A stretch of DNA of 64,000 nucleotides from Candidatus Zipacnadum vermilionense (GTDB lineage Bacteria > Armatimonadota > Zipacnadia > Zipacnadales > Zipacnadaceae): NCBI GenBank assembly GCA_029821755.1, contig JALGSV010000002.1:180797-244796 (forward strand), read 5' to 3'. Of this stretch, positions 29,977 through 39,766 are shown one piece after another. A program made the position numbers and the translations under genes. The notes under the pieces were generated by a model. The model ran no database searches. It was given only the letters and a program-made list of their open reading frames with translations, and was not told the DNA's origin. Position 1 is the first letter of the stretch. Each line of letters starts with the position of its first letter.

Positions 29977-32244
29977 CTATTCGCATTGGCTATACCCGCA
30001 ATCGTGACAGGTCACGCAGCCGCTCTCCGCGTGCAAGGCCCCGCCACATTCCGGGCAGGCGCCCAGGTGCCCGAAGCTGGAGCCGTTGAAGTCCATCGCC
30101 AACTGGTTGGCCTCCGGGAAGACCACTCGCTCCACCGCCTTGCCGAAGGCGTCGGCGCAGGAGAGGATCTTGCCGCCGCCCTTCTCCCAGGCCGGCATGT
30201 GGCAGCTGATCCCCTTGAGCTGCTTGATGATGTACTCCGGCTTGACCCCTACGCGGAAGGCCAGTGAGATTAGCCGAGCGACGGCCTCGGTTTGCGACGC
30301 CACGCAGCCCCCGGCCTTCCCCATGTTACCGAAGACCTCGAAGGGGCCGCGGTCGTCGGAGTTGATGGTGAGGTAGAGCTTGCCGCAGCCGGTCTTCATC
30401 TCGATGGTGGTGCCATGGACAGCGGCAGGGCGAGGGCGGGGCTCGGCCCGGGCCGGGCCGGGCTCAGCGGGCGGGGCCGCGGCCTGCTGGGCCCCCGTAC
30501 GCAGCACCTGCTCCTGGCGGGACATATCGCGGTAGATGGTCACGCCCTTGCAGCCTAGCTCGTAGGCCAGTCGGTAGACCTGCGCGACCTCCTCCGCGCT
30601 GGCCTCCGTCGGGAAGTTGACGGTCTTGGAGACGGCGTTGTCGGTGCACTTTTGGAAGGCGGCCTGAATGCGGATGTGATCCTCCGGAGTGATGTCGTGG
30701 GCGGTGACGAAGACGTGGCGCAGGTCCGCGGGAATCTCGGGTATCTCCTGGATGGTGCCGTGGGCCACGACCTGCTGGAGCAACTCCGGGGTGAGCAGGC
30801 CGCGTTCTTGCATGAGGGCCTCGAAGGCGGGGGTGACCTCCGCCAGGCTCTCGCCACCCAGAACGTGCTTGGAGTAGGCCACGGCGAAGAGCGGCTCCAC
30901 CCCGCTGGAAGCGGCCGCGATCATGCTGATGGTGCCGGTGGGGGCGATGGTGGTGACGGTGGCGTTGCGCTGAGGGAGGTTCATCCCGCGCGGGCCGTAG
31001 ATTGACTCCTCCCAGTTGGGGAAGACGCCGCGCTCCCCGGCCAACTCGGCGGAGGCCTTCCGCGCTTCCTCGCGGATGAAGCACATGGTCTCCTCAGCGA
31101 TCGTCTCGGCGCGACCGGAATTGTACGGAACCCCCAGGTGGATGAGCAGATCGGCAAAGCCCATGACCCCCAGGCCGATCTTGCGGTTGGCCTGCGTCCT
31201 CTCCTCGATCTGCGGCAGCGGGAAGACGTTCATCTCGATGACGTTGTCCAGGAACCGCACGGCTAGGCGCACCACCGCGGCCAGCTTCTCCTGGTCCAGG
31301 GTCCCCGAGAGCGGCTCGCCTCGCACTAGCTTGGCCAGGTTGATCGAGCCGAGGTTGCACGACTCGTAGGGCAAGAGCGGCTGCTCACCGCAGGGGTTGG
31401 TGGCCTCCATGTCGCCCACGAGGGGGGTGGGGTTGGCGGCGTTGATGCGGTCGAGGAAGACAATCCCCGGCTCGCCGGTGGTCCAGGCGGCGTGGACGAT
31501 CCGCTCCCAAACGTCGCGGGCGCGCAGCGATTTCCCCGGAAGGCCGTTGCGGGGGTTAACCAGCTCGTAGGCGCCGTCGCTGGCGACGGCGCCCATAAAG
31601 GCCTCGGTCAGCGCCACGGAAACGTTGAAGTTGGTCAGGACGGTCAGGTCCTGCTTGCACTCGATGAATTCCAGGATGTCGGGGTGATCCACGCGCAGGA
31701 TGCCCATGTTGGCGCCGCGGCGGGTCCCGCCCTGCTTGATGGCCTCGGTGGCCGCGTCAAAGACCTTCATGAAGGAGACGGGCCCCGAGGAGATACCGGT
31801 GGTGCTGGAGACAAGGTCGTTCTTGGGGCGCAGACGGGAAAAGGAGAAGCCGGTGCCGCCGCCGCTCTTGTGGATGATGGCGGTATGCTTGACGGCCTCG
31901 AAAATCTCCTCCATGGAGTCCCCCACTGGGAGGACGAAACAGGCGGAGAGCTGCTGGAAGTGGCGCCCGGCGTTCATCAGCGTGGGGCTGTTGGGGAGGA
32001 ACTCCAGCCGGGTCATGATGCCGTAGAAGGCGTCCTCGACCTCGCGGAGGCGGGCGGGGGAGGCGCCATACTTCTCCTCGGCGGAGGCGATGTTGTGGGC
32101 GACCCGCCGGAACATGTCGGTGGGCGTTTCGGTGGGCTGGCCGGTGGTGTCTTTCTTCAGGTAGCGGCGTTCGAGGACGGTCAGGGCATTTGCGGTGAGG
32201 AGAACTTCGTCAGTGGGAGCGGGGCCGGAAGCCATCAGAGCCAC
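29977..32244 (-). CDS. nrdJ: Adenosylcobalamin-dependent (class II) ribonucleotide reductase with C-terminal TSCPD and Zn ribbon
   Basis: PNSPTLMNAG, LSACFV, QGGTRRGANM, TNPCGEQ, SCNLGS, IAPTGTIS, GCKGVTIYR, CPECG..CHDCG. Confidence 0.95.
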   Translation of the reverse strand: MALMASGPAPTDEVLLTANALTVLERRYLKKDTTGQPTETPTDMFRRVAHNIASAEEKYGASPARLREVEDAFYGIMTRLEFLPNSPTLMNAGRHFQQLSACFVLPVGDSMEEIFEAVKHTAIIHKSGGGTGFSFSRLRPKNDLVSSTTGISSGPVSFMKVFDAATEAIKQGGTRRGANMGILRVDHPDILEFIECKQDLTVLTNFNVSVALTEAFMGAVASDGAYELVNPRNGLPGKSLRARDVWERIVHAAWTTGEPGIVFLDRINAANPTPLVGDMEATNPCGEQPLLPYESCNLGSINLAKLVRGEPLSGTLDQEKLAAVVRLAVRFLDNVIEMNVFPLPQIEERTQANRKIGLGVMGFADLLIHLGVPYNSGRAETIAEETMCFIREEARKASAELAGERGVFPNWEESIYGPRGMNLPQRNATVTTIAPTGTISMIAAASSGVEPLFAVAYSKHVLGGESLAEVTPAFEALMQERGLLTPELLQQVVAHGTIQEIPEIPADLRHVFVTAHDITPEDHIRIQAAFQKCTDNAVSKTVNFPTEASAEEVAQVYRLAYELGCKGVTIYRDMSRQEQVLRTGAQQAAAPPAEPGPARAEPRPRPAAVHGTTIEMKTGCGKLYLTINSDDRGPFEVFGNMGKAGGCVASQTEAVARLISLAFRVGVKPEYIIKQLKGISCHMPAWEKGGGKILSCADAFGKAVERVVFPEANQLAMDFNGSSFGHLGACPECGGALHAESGCVTCHDCGYSQCE

Positions 32245-32368
32245 CTCGCAGGGAATGGTGTAGAAAGTGGTTCCCGGACGGTGAGCGAGAGGTCCTTCGT
32301 GGTGAATCAGAAGGGGTGGCTGTGATGGATTTGTATAACTTTACCCTCCCCAACCTGTACGGGGCTAC

Positions 32369-32397
32369 ACTATAGCCAGGGAGGGGGAGGCTGTCAA
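32369..32397 (-). promoter_or_regulatory. Sigma70-type promoter for nrdJ
   Basis: Minus strand TTGACA (32397-32392), 17 bp, TATAGT (32374-32369). Confidence 0.85.
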
Positions 32398-32407
32398 GGG
32401 GGATTTT

Positions 32408-32434
32408 CCGGTGGCACCGGCGTCTCGCCGGTGC
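32408..32434 (-). repeat. Family B palindrome
   Basis: ccggtggcaccggcgtctcgccggtgc. Confidence 0.8.
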
Positions 32435-32487
32435 TCCCCGCCCCACCGTGTTCGGAGAGGCGGCGAGGGGTGGGGGCAGTGACTGCT

Positions 32488-32712
32488 TCACTCCAAGAGG
32501 CCCAGGAACTCCTCCACCGTGAGCCCCGCATCGCGGATCACGCCGCGCAGCAGGCCCGGTGCCAGATGGTCGTGCAGAGGGACGGAGAGCGTGTAGTCGT
32601 TCCCTGGTTTCTGGAGCATGGCGTGGCTGCCGCGGGTGCGAACCGACCTCCAGCCATCGGCCTCGAAGGCTCGAACGGCTTCGCGTCCCGACAGACCGCG
32701 GGGCAGCCTCAC
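32488..32712 (-). CDS. hicA: HicA-family toxin (dsRBD-like mRNA interferase)
   Basis: LSGREAVRAFEADGW...RGSH (catalytic His)...SVPLH..LAPGLL..VIRDAG; GTGA overlap with hicB. Confidence 0.88.
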   Translation of the reverse strand: MRLPRGLSGREAVRAFEADGWRSVRTRGSHAMLQKPGNDYTLSVPLHDHLAPGLLRGVIRDAGLTVEEFLGLLE

Positions 32713-32924
32713 GTCAGCGGAACCTCGAGCAAGCGTTGCCCCGGCTGCAATTGGGACGAGGCGCGCGCTTCTTCCGCCTCCAACCACCCTTCGATAGCCT
32801 CGCGGATGTTCGCCAGCGCCTCCTCCTCCGTAGTGCCCTGCGACCAGCACCCCTTGAGCGCCGGGGCGTGGGCTACGAAGAAACCCTCCTCGTCTTCCTC
32901 CACCACGATTGCCAACTGTCGCAT
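32709..32924 (-). CDS. hicB: Short HicB-family antitoxin (no DNA-binding domain), upstream of hicA
   Basis: VEEDEEGFFVA.AP.LKGC.SQG.T.EEAL.NI.EAI. Confidence 0.9.
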   Translation of the reverse strand: MRQLAIVVEEDEEGFFVAHAPALKGCWSQGTTEEEALANIREAIEGWLEAEEARASSQLQPGQRLLEVPLT

Positions 32925-32961
32925 GTCACAACTTCCTTTCCCGGTCCCGCGTGCTACTCCC

Positions 32962-32967
32962 ATTATA
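32962..32967 (-). promoter_or_regulatory. -10 element upstream of hicB
   Basis: Perfect TATAAT on the minus strand ~40 nt before the ATG; -35 only weak (TTCGAC); spacer holds C6-GA-G6. Confidence 0.55.
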
Positions 32968-33035
32968 CCCCCCGAGGGGGGCCGTCGAACAGGGATGAGG
33001 GCCCTCGCAGCAGACGCGGCGCCTCCCCCAGTTCT

Positions 33036-35957
33036 CTACCTCTCCCCTTCTACCACCGCGATCTCCTGCTCCGTCAGGCCGTATAGTTCGTATACCAGCG
33101 CGTCAATCTCGCGGTCGGTGGCCGCGATCTGCCGCTGGAGCAGGTGCTTGTCCGCCGGGGTGCGGGCCTGGGGCAGGCGCTGGTGCAGGTCCAGCATCCG
33201 CTCCACCAGGGCGACCATCTGATCGTGCCGTGCCACGTCGGCAGGGTCGGAGAAGTCAATGGTGCGGATGGGGAGCGAAGCCACGTTCGCTTTCTTGACC
33301 TCGGCCAGTGCCTCGCCGATCTCTGGGTTGAGCGTGTGATAATACCAGTCAAGAAGCTCGGAGTTGATGACCCCGAGGATGTACATCACAACAGGCGATT
33401 GGCTCTTGGGCACGACGACGTGCATATTGTTCAGGCAGAGAAGCTGGTCACGGTCGAGCATTGCCACCAAGCTATCGCCAGTCTGCCGCATCAGGATCTT
33501 CACGGGGGCGTCGAAGTTGGCTGCCGGACGTGGTTCCGCCAGCCAGGCCCCGTAACTAATGAACCTAGGCTTAACGGGCTGCAGGCAGTAGCGGCTGATG
33601 TCGGCCCCGCGCAGGTATGCACGGTATGTCTCATCCAGAGGGTGATCGCTGTCGAAAGGTCGCTCCGATACCACCTTCCTGGTCTGAGGAGGCTTCCCCT
33701 TCCCCGTTTGGTATGGCTTGATCCCGACGTTGATACTGCACGACTCCTCCAGTCGTCGCCCGACGCCAGCGCACTTCTCTGCCAGTGAGCGCGCCTCTTG
33801 GTCCAGGAAGATGTTGATCGGTGCCCCGCCTAGACTGATCCACTGCCGTTGCGAATGCTTAATCTTGCGCACCTGCGGCGCATCCTCTTGGCTGCGGAAC
33901 GAGGCCAGCGACGGCACTAGAGACACCAATGGCTGTGCTCCATCATGTGAGCCCGCCCGGAGCAGAACGATCTCCGTGTCAACCGTCACCTTGCGGAAGA
34001 CCGGGAACAGGAAGTGCACAATCTCGGTGACGGCCACAGAACCGGTAACCAGCTTCCGCACGGCTCCCTGCAACAGGTTCGTGAGCCAGGGGTTGGGGAT
34101 GATCATGCCGAACCTTCCGCGTGGGGCCATGAGTAACCCTATGGCTCGCTCAAGGAACAGGAGATAGCTGTCGAACTGGTAAGTCTGGCATTGGTAAGCC
34201 GAGCCGAAGTACCCTTTCTCAACTTCGCCGAAAAACGCCCCATACGGCGGATTGCCAATTACGCAATCAAACCCGCCCGCCTTCATGATCTCCGGGAATC
34301 CTCTCTCCCAGTCGAAGGGGTTCACCCGCCGCTGTTCCTCCTCGTCTATCGCCAGGCGGCCGGTGAAGTAGTCGCTGCCGATCAGGCTGTTGCCGCACTT
34401 GATGTTGGCGTCGATGTTGGGCAGCAGCCGCTCGTGCAGCAGGCGTAGGGTTTGGTCCGCCGTCTGCTCGGTGACCCCCTCCAGGCACTTGAGCAGCAGG
34501 TTGAGCTTGGTCACCTCCACCGCCTGCCGGTCAAGGTCCACCCCGTACAGGTTGTTGAGCAGGATCCGCTTGCGCTCGGAGATGGTCAGCCGCCAGTCGT
34601 CCTGCCCCAGGCGCACCACCGGCGGACGGCGTTTGCGCGCCAGCTTCTGCGGGTCGTGGGCGAGGTAGTACTTCAGGTGCCAGTCGAGCAGGAACTGGTA
34701 GGCCCCCAGGAGGAAGGAGCCGGAGCCGCAGGCGGGATCGAGAAGGCGCAGCTTGGCCGCCTTCTCCGGGGTCGCCGCCTCGGCCAGGGCCTCCCCCACC
34801 GTGTGCTCGACGATGTAGTCCACGATGTAGGTGGGGGTGTAGTAGACGCCGCCGGCCTTCTTGACCTCGGGCTTCTCCTCCACCTTGGCATAGCCAGCCG
34901 GGGTCAGGCGGATGACCTTGCCGAGGAACTGCTCATAGACCGCGCCGAGAATGTCCGCGCCGAGGACGGAGAACTCGTAGGGGCAGTCGGGGTAGTACAG
35001 GTGGCTGAGGATGGGCTTGAGGGTCTTGTCGGAGAGGGTCAGGCCGGGGCAGAGGGTATCGCCGGCGGGGCTGAAGTCGAACAGCCCGGCGTTGTACTTC
35101 TCATCGGCCTCCGAGAACAGATCGCAGAGGCCAGGATAGATACCGGGCTTCTCACCGAGTTCCCGCAGGCGGTCCTCATGCTCGACCCCCCGGTCCTCGG
35201 CGATGCGCAGGAAGAGAATCCGGTCGATGAGGGTCTGGACGGCGTAGTTCAGTTCGGGGACGGAAAGGTGGTTGTGCCGGGCGAGGTCCTTAGCCAGGCT
35301 CTCCCGCCACTTCTCGATCTCTTCCAAGAAGGCAGCGTCCACTTCCTGGGTGCCGCGGTGCTTGCGCTTGTCCTGGGCAAAGCGGTCGAAGGAGCCGCGC
35401 AGAATGCCCTCGCGGGAGAAGAGCGAGTAGAGTTCGTCGAGGTGGTCGAGGTACTGCTCGAAGGTGAAGAAGAGGATGCGGCCCAGGCCGGGAGGGTCGG
35501 TGGGCGCGGGCTTCTGGCGACAGTCGTAGACGGCGAATTCCTCGAAGTCGGTGAGGAGGGAGAGGGGGAGCTTGGCGCTCCAGGCGTAGCGCCGGAGCTG
35601 GTAAGCGGGACCGGGGTCGTCGTGGACGTTGACCGCGGGCTTCTTGGCTTCGAGGTAGAACTTGCGCTGGCCGCCGATGCGGAAGGAGTAGTCAGGGGCT
35701 TTCTTCTTCCCCTCCACGTTCACGGTGGCCTCGTGGATGACGTCTTTGTAGGCCTCGGCGTATCCCTGCCGGTTGGTCACATCCCAGCCGAGGGCCTCAA
35801 AGAAGGGGTTGAGGAATTGCAGTCGGAGTTGGGTCTCGTTGTACCCCTGGGCGCGGTACTGGTCGCGGTTGCGGCGGAAGTTGTCGACCAGTTCCTCGAC
35901 GCAGCGGCGGGTTTCGTCAGGTGCGACGAGCAGATCGGGATGGGGCGAGTCAGTCAT
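33036..35957 (-). CDS. Type IIG/IIL restriction-modification fusion (endonuclease + N6-adenine MTase + TRD)
   Basis: PDY...FYLEAKK nuclease, GVYYTP, LDPACGSGSF, VIGNPPY; start MTDSPHP at 35957. Confidence 0.92.
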   Translation of the reverse strand: MTDSPHPDLLVAPDETRRCVEELVDNFRRNRDQYRAQGYNETQLRLQFLNPFFEALGWDVTNRQGYAEAYKDVIHEATVNVEGKKKAPDYSFRIGGQRKFYLEAKKPAVNVHDDPGPAYQLRRYAWSAKLPLSLLTDFEEFAVYDCRQKPAPTDPPGLGRILFFTFEQYLDHLDELYSLFSREGILRGSFDRFAQDKRKHRGTQEVDAAFLEEIEKWRESLAKDLARHNHLSVPELNYAVQTLIDRILFLRIAEDRGVEHEDRLRELGEKPGIYPGLCDLFSEADEKYNAGLFDFSPAGDTLCPGLTLSDKTLKPILSHLYYPDCPYEFSVLGADILGAVYEQFLGKVIRLTPAGYAKVEEKPEVKKAGGVYYTPTYIVDYIVEHTVGEALAEAATPEKAAKLRLLDPACGSGSFLLGAYQFLLDWHLKYYLAHDPQKLARKRRPPVVRLGQDDWRLTISERKRILLNNLYGVDLDRQAVEVTKLNLLLKCLEGVTEQTADQTLRLLHERLLPNIDANIKCGNSLIGSDYFTGRLAIDEEEQRRVNPFDWERGFPEIMKAGGFDCVIGNPPYGAFFGEVEKGYFGSAYQCQTYQFDSYLLFLERAIGLLMAPRGRFGMIIPNPWLTNLLQGAVRKLVTGSVAVTEIVHFLFPVFRKVTVDTEIVLLRAGSHDGAQPLVSLVPSLASFRSQEDAPQVRKIKHSQRQWISLGGAPINIFLDQEARSLAEKCAGVGRRLEESCSINVGIKPYQTGKGKPPQTRKVVSERPFDSDHPLDETYRAYLRGADISRYCLQPVKPRFISYGAWLAEPRPAANFDAPVKILMRQTGDSLVAMLDRDQLLCLNNMHVVVPKSQSPVVMYILGVINSELLDWYYHTLNPEIGEALAEVKKANVASLPIRTIDFSDPADVARHDQMVALVERMLDLHQRLPQARTPADKHLLQRQIAATDREIDALVYELYGLTEQEIAVVEGER

Positions 35958-35977
35958 GGACAGGCACCTGCCTCCGA

Positions 35978-36026
35978 CGGGCCGGATTCCCCGCGCACTT
36001 CGTGCGCCGCTCATCCGGCCCCTCCC
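35978..36026 (+). repeat. Family A structured repeat between gyrA and the R-M gene
   Basis: GGGCCGGAT...GCGCAC-TTC-GTGCGC...ATCCGGCCC. Confidence 0.8.
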
Positions 36027-36034
36027 GACTTCCG

Positions 36035-38548
36035 TTATTCTTCCTCTTCGCTGTCGTTGGGCGGCGGTAGCACTTCGTCCTCTGGCTGCGGGCGTACTAT
36101 CTTGGCTATCGCCATTACCTTCTCGCCCTCGGTCGGTCGGACTACCCAGACCCCCTGCGCCGACCGGCGCGTGCGGCGGATGTTGCCTACCGGGACGCGG
36201 ATCAGCACCCCGTTGCTGGTCAGGGCCATGGCCTCGTCGTCGTCCTCCACCACCTTCGCCCCCGCCACCTGGCCGGTGCGGTCGGTGATCTCCAGGGTGA
36301 TGACGCCCTGGGTAGCCCGGCCCTTGGTCGGGTAGTCGGCCAGCGCCGTGCGCTTGCCCAGGCCATTCTCGCTGATCACCAATAGATCGCGCTCGTCGCC
36401 CTGGTTGACTACTACCATGTCGACGATCGCGTCGCCCGGCCGTAAGCGGATGGCGTGCACCCCGGCAGCGTTCCGGCCCATGGGACGAACGGTAGACTCG
36501 TTGAAGCGCACCGCCTTGCCGCCGCGAGTCACCAGGATGATGTCCTTCTCGCCGTCGGTCCAGGCCACCCACTTGAGCTTGTCGCCCGGGTGGAGGTTGA
36601 TGGCGATGAGGCCCTTGGAGCGCAGCGGGGTGTCGTAGTCCTGCAGGGAGGTTTTCTTGATCATGCCCTGCTCGGTGGCCATCAGCAGGTACCCGCCCTG
36701 GGCGAAGCCGTGGACCGGGATCTGGGAGGTGATCTGCTCGTCCTGCTCGACGGGGACGAGGTTGATCATGGGCGTGCCGCGGGCGGTGCGGCTGGCCATG
36801 GGGACCTGGTAGGCCTTGAGCTGGTAGGCCAGGCCCTTGTCAGTGAGGCAGATGATCAGATCGTGGGTGCTGGCGACGAAGAGGTCTTGCACGTCGTCCT
36901 CTTCCTTCTTGTTGAGGGCCAGCACGCCCTTGCCGCCGCGGTGCTGGACGCGGTAGGTATCGACCGGGAGGCGCTTGACGTACCCGTCGCGGGTGATGGT
37001 GATGGTCATGGCCTCGCGAGCGATGAGGTCCTCGGCGCTCAGGTCACCGGCTTCCTCCGGGATCAGCTTCGTGCGGCGCGGATCGCCCAGGTGCCTCGCG
37101 ATCGCTCGCAGCTCGTCGCGGATGATCTTGGACTTGTAGGTCTCGTCGCCCAGGATGTGCTCGTACTCGGCGATGTCCTTGAGCAGTTGGTCTCGCTCGG
37201 TGGCCAGCTCGTTGCGCGAGAGGCGAGTAAGGCGGGCCAGTTGCATGCTGAGGATGTGCTCCGCCTGCACCTCGGAGAAGTCGAACTCGGTCATCAGGCC
37301 CTGGCGAGCCTCGCCGCGGTTCTGGCTGGCCCGGATCAGGGTGATGATCTGGTCGATGATGTCCAGGGCGCGCAGCAGGCCGTCGACGATGTGGAGGCGG
37401 TCCTGCGCCTGGTTGAGCAGGTACTGGGTGCGGCGGGTAACGACGGTGCGGCGGTGCTTGAGAAACTCGCTGAGAAGGTCCTTGAGGTTGCACAGGCGGG
37501 GGACGATGACCCCACCGGGGCCCGGTACCAGGGCCAGCATGTTAGCCCCGAAGGAGGTGCGCATCAGGGTGTGCTTGTAGAGGTTGTTGAGCGTGACCTG
37601 CGGATTGGCGTCGCGCTTAAGCTCAATGACCACACGCATGCCGTTGCGGTCGGACTCGTCGCGCAGATCGGAGATGCCTTCGAGCTTGTCCTTGTCGACC
37701 AGGGAGGCGATCTGCTTGAGCAGGGCGGACTTGGAGACCTGGTAGGGCAGTTGCGAGACAATGACCGCGTTGCGCCCGCGCTCAAGGGGCTCGAGGACGG
37801 CGCGAGCCTGCATAATGATGGAGCCACGGCCGGTGGTGATGTAGTCGCGGATGCCCTTGGAGCCCAGCACCAGGCCGGCGGTGGGGAAGTCGGGGCCGGG
37901 GACGTGTTTCATCAGGTCCGCCGCGGTCAGCTCAGGGTTCTCCAGCACCGCCACAGCGGCATCGATGACCTCGCCGAGGTTGTGCGGCGGGATATTGGTG
38001 GCGTAACCCACAGCGATCCCAGCGGCCCCGTTGCAGATCAAGTTGGGGAAGGCCCCGGGCAGCACGGTGGGCTCCGTAGTCTTCTCGTCGTAGGTGGGCT
38101 GGAAGTCGACGGTGTCCTTGTCCAGGTCGGCCAGCATGGCCATGGCGACCTCGGAGAGGCGGGCCTCAGTGTAGCGGGCGGCGCCGGCCGGGTCCCCGTC
38201 CACGGAACCGAAGTTGCCCTGGGGGTCGACCTCCTGGTAGCGGGCGGCGAAATCCTGGCCCATGCGCACGAGGGTATCGTAGATGGGCGCATCGCCGTGC
38301 GGGTGGTAGGTCTTCATCGTCTCGCCGACGATGGCGGCGCACTTGGCGTGGGCGCGGTCGGGGGTGAGGCCCTCCTGCTCCATAGCCACCAGGATGCGGC
38401 GCTGGGAGGGCTTGAGCCCGTCGCGCACATCCGGCAACGCCCGCGCCATGATGGTACTCATGGCAAACTGCATGTAGGAACTGGCCATCTCCTCATGCAA
38501 GGCTACAGGCTCAATCTGGCCGATGTTCTGGTTCGGTTCGGTATCCAT
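36035..38548 (-). CDS. gyrA: DNA gyrase subunit A
   Basis: [26 protein letters not shown], GyrA-box-like QHRGGKG, beta-pinwheel repeats, acidic tail. Confidence 0.95.
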   Translation of the reverse strand: MDTEPNQNIGQIEPVALHEEMASSYMQFAMSTIMARALPDVRDGLKPSQRRILVAMEQEGLTPDRAHAKCAAIVGETMKTYHPHGDAPIYDTLVRMGQDFAARYQEVDPQGNFGSVDGDPAGAARYTEARLSEVAMAMLADLDKDTVDFQPTYDEKTTEPTVLPGAFPNLICNGAAGIAVGYATNIPPHNLGEVIDAAVAVLENPELTAADLMKHVPGPDFPTAGLVLGSKGIRDYITTGRGSIIMQARAVLEPLERGRNAVIVSQLPYQVSKSALLKQIASLVDKDKLEGISDLRDESDRNGMRVVIELKRDANPQVTLNNLYKHTLMRTSFGANMLALVPGPGGVIVPRLCNLKDLLSEFLKHRRTVVTRRTQYLLNQAQDRLHIVDGLLRALDIIDQIITLIRASQNRGEARQGLMTEFDFSEVQAEHILSMQLARLTRLSRNELATERDQLLKDIAEYEHILGDETYKSKIIRDELRAIARHLGDPRRTKLIPEEAGDLSAEDLIAREAMTITITRDGYVKRLPVDTYRVQHRGGKGVLALNKKEEDDVQDLFVASTHDLIICLTDKGLAYQLKAYQVPMASRTARGTPMINLVPVEQDEQITSQIPVHGFAQGGYLLMATEQGMIKKTSLQDYDTPLRSKGLIAINLHPGDKLKWVAWTDGEKDIILVTRGGKAVRFNESTVRPMGRNAAGVHAIRLRPGDAIVDMVVVNQGDERDLLVISENGLGKRTALADYPTKGRATQGVITLEITDRTGQVAGAKVVEDDDEAMALTSNGVLIRVPVGNIRRTRRSAQGVWVVRPTEGEKVMAIAKIVRPQPEDEVLPPPNDSEEEE

Positions 38549-38809
38549 ACTGGTCTCCAGTCAAAGGTGTGTCTGGTGTCGTTGAGGGGGCGGACTGCAG
38601 CCCCCCGGTTCCTGCGTCATGCCACAGCGGGGGGGATCTCTCCCCCGGCCACTCCGAGACCGGCACCCCTCCCCGGCGTAGGCAGACGTGCGCGAGGGAA
38701 GGCCGATCAAGCAACGGGCTTTAGATATGGGAAACGGACGGGAAAAGGCGACGGGCCGGGGAACGGCACTTCGTCACGACCACGTCTCTGGGTCTGCAGG
38801 CCGCCTGCG

Positions 38810-39766
38810 TCAGCTCTCGCGTTCGGCCTCCAGCTCCCGCCGCCGATGCGGTTGCGGGAGGCGCTGGATCAAACGGTCGAGCGCTGTCACTCGCAGCGCC
38901 GCCTTGAAGCAGAACCGAGCACAGATCCCGCCGTACGCCACCAGGTTCACCACCGGATGATGGCGCTGGGCATAGTGCTTGCGGTACAACAGCCAGCCGC
39001 CCCGGTGGAAGTCCCAGAGCTGGCGCAGACTGAGCATCCCCATGGTGGCGCCGCCGTAATGGATGATCTGGACGTTCGCCAGTACCCAACGCTCCCATCC
39101 GGCCGCGGCCAGCCGCATGTTGAACTCGGTGTCGGAGAAGTTCGGCGGGAAGCGCTCGTCAAAGGGCCCGACCTCCTCGAAGCACTCGCGCCGCAGCAGC
39201 CAGCAGGTGCTGGCAATATGCTCCGCCTGGTTGTCCTGGCTGTAGTCGGTGTCAGTGCCATAGTACCGGCCGGTGAGGCGATTTCCGGGCAGCAGGCGGT
39301 GCAGGTCCAGCGTCTGGGCGATGGCCGCCCCGAAGTCGGGGAAGCGGCGCATGCAGGGCTGCAGGCTCTCATCGGCGTTCAGGATGCCGGGGGAGACCAC
39401 CCCGGCCCGAGGGTGGCTGTCCATGTACTGCAGACAACGATCGAGGGCTCCCGGGAGCAGCTTCGTGTCGTCATTGAGCAGCACGAAGCAACGCCCGCGG
39501 CTGACCTGAATGCCCTGGTTGTTGGTCACCGTCCAAGAGGAGCGCCGCGGGTTGCTGATCACGGTCACCCACGGGAAGCGCTCCCGCACCATGCCCCCAG
39601 TGTCGTCGGTGGAGGCATCATCTACCACGATCACCTCATGGGGAGTGTGGACGGTAGCCTGCACCGACTTCAGACAGTCGGCCAGCATCTCCCGCCGGTT
39701 CCGGGAGGCGATGATTAGGGATAGCTCCGGCTTTGCTGAGCTCTGCGGTGAGGGAGCTTCACTCAT
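38810..39766 (-). CDS. Glycosyltransferase family 2
   Basis: VIVVDDASTD, LLNDD, FDERF..FSDTE. Confidence 0.9.
   Translation of the reverse strand: MSEAPSPQSSAKPELSLIIASRNRREMLADCLKSVQATVHTPHEVIVVDDASTDDTGGMVRERFPWVTVISNPRRSSWTVTNNQGIQVSRGRCFVLLNDDTKLLPGALDRCLQYMDSHPRAGVVSPGILNADESLQPCMRRFPDFGAAIAQTLDLHRLLPGNRLTGRYYGTDTDYSQDNQAEHIASTCWLLRRECFEEVGPFDERFPPNFSDTEFNMRLAAAGWERWVLANVQIIHYGGATMGMLSLRQLWDFHRGGWLLYRKHYAQRHHPVVNLVAYGGICARFCFKAALRVTALDRLIQRLPQPHRRRELEAERES

Noticed and set aside
32245-32375. NrdR box or cobalamin riboswitch upstream of nrdJ
   Set aside because: Only a half-site-like TATAGTGT overlapping the -10; no B12-element consensus.
35958-36572. N-terminal 205-aa extension of the R-M ORF given by the ORF track
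   Set aside because: Overlaps gyrA in another frame and reads through a repeat; R-M homology begins at MTDSPHP (35957).
36455-39718. 1087-aa plus-strand ORF (and similar long ORFs at 14553-16646, 16960-18738, 34452-36335, 53390-54838)
   Set aside because: Antisense shadows of real genes; typical of high-GC3 codon usage, with no recognisable domains.
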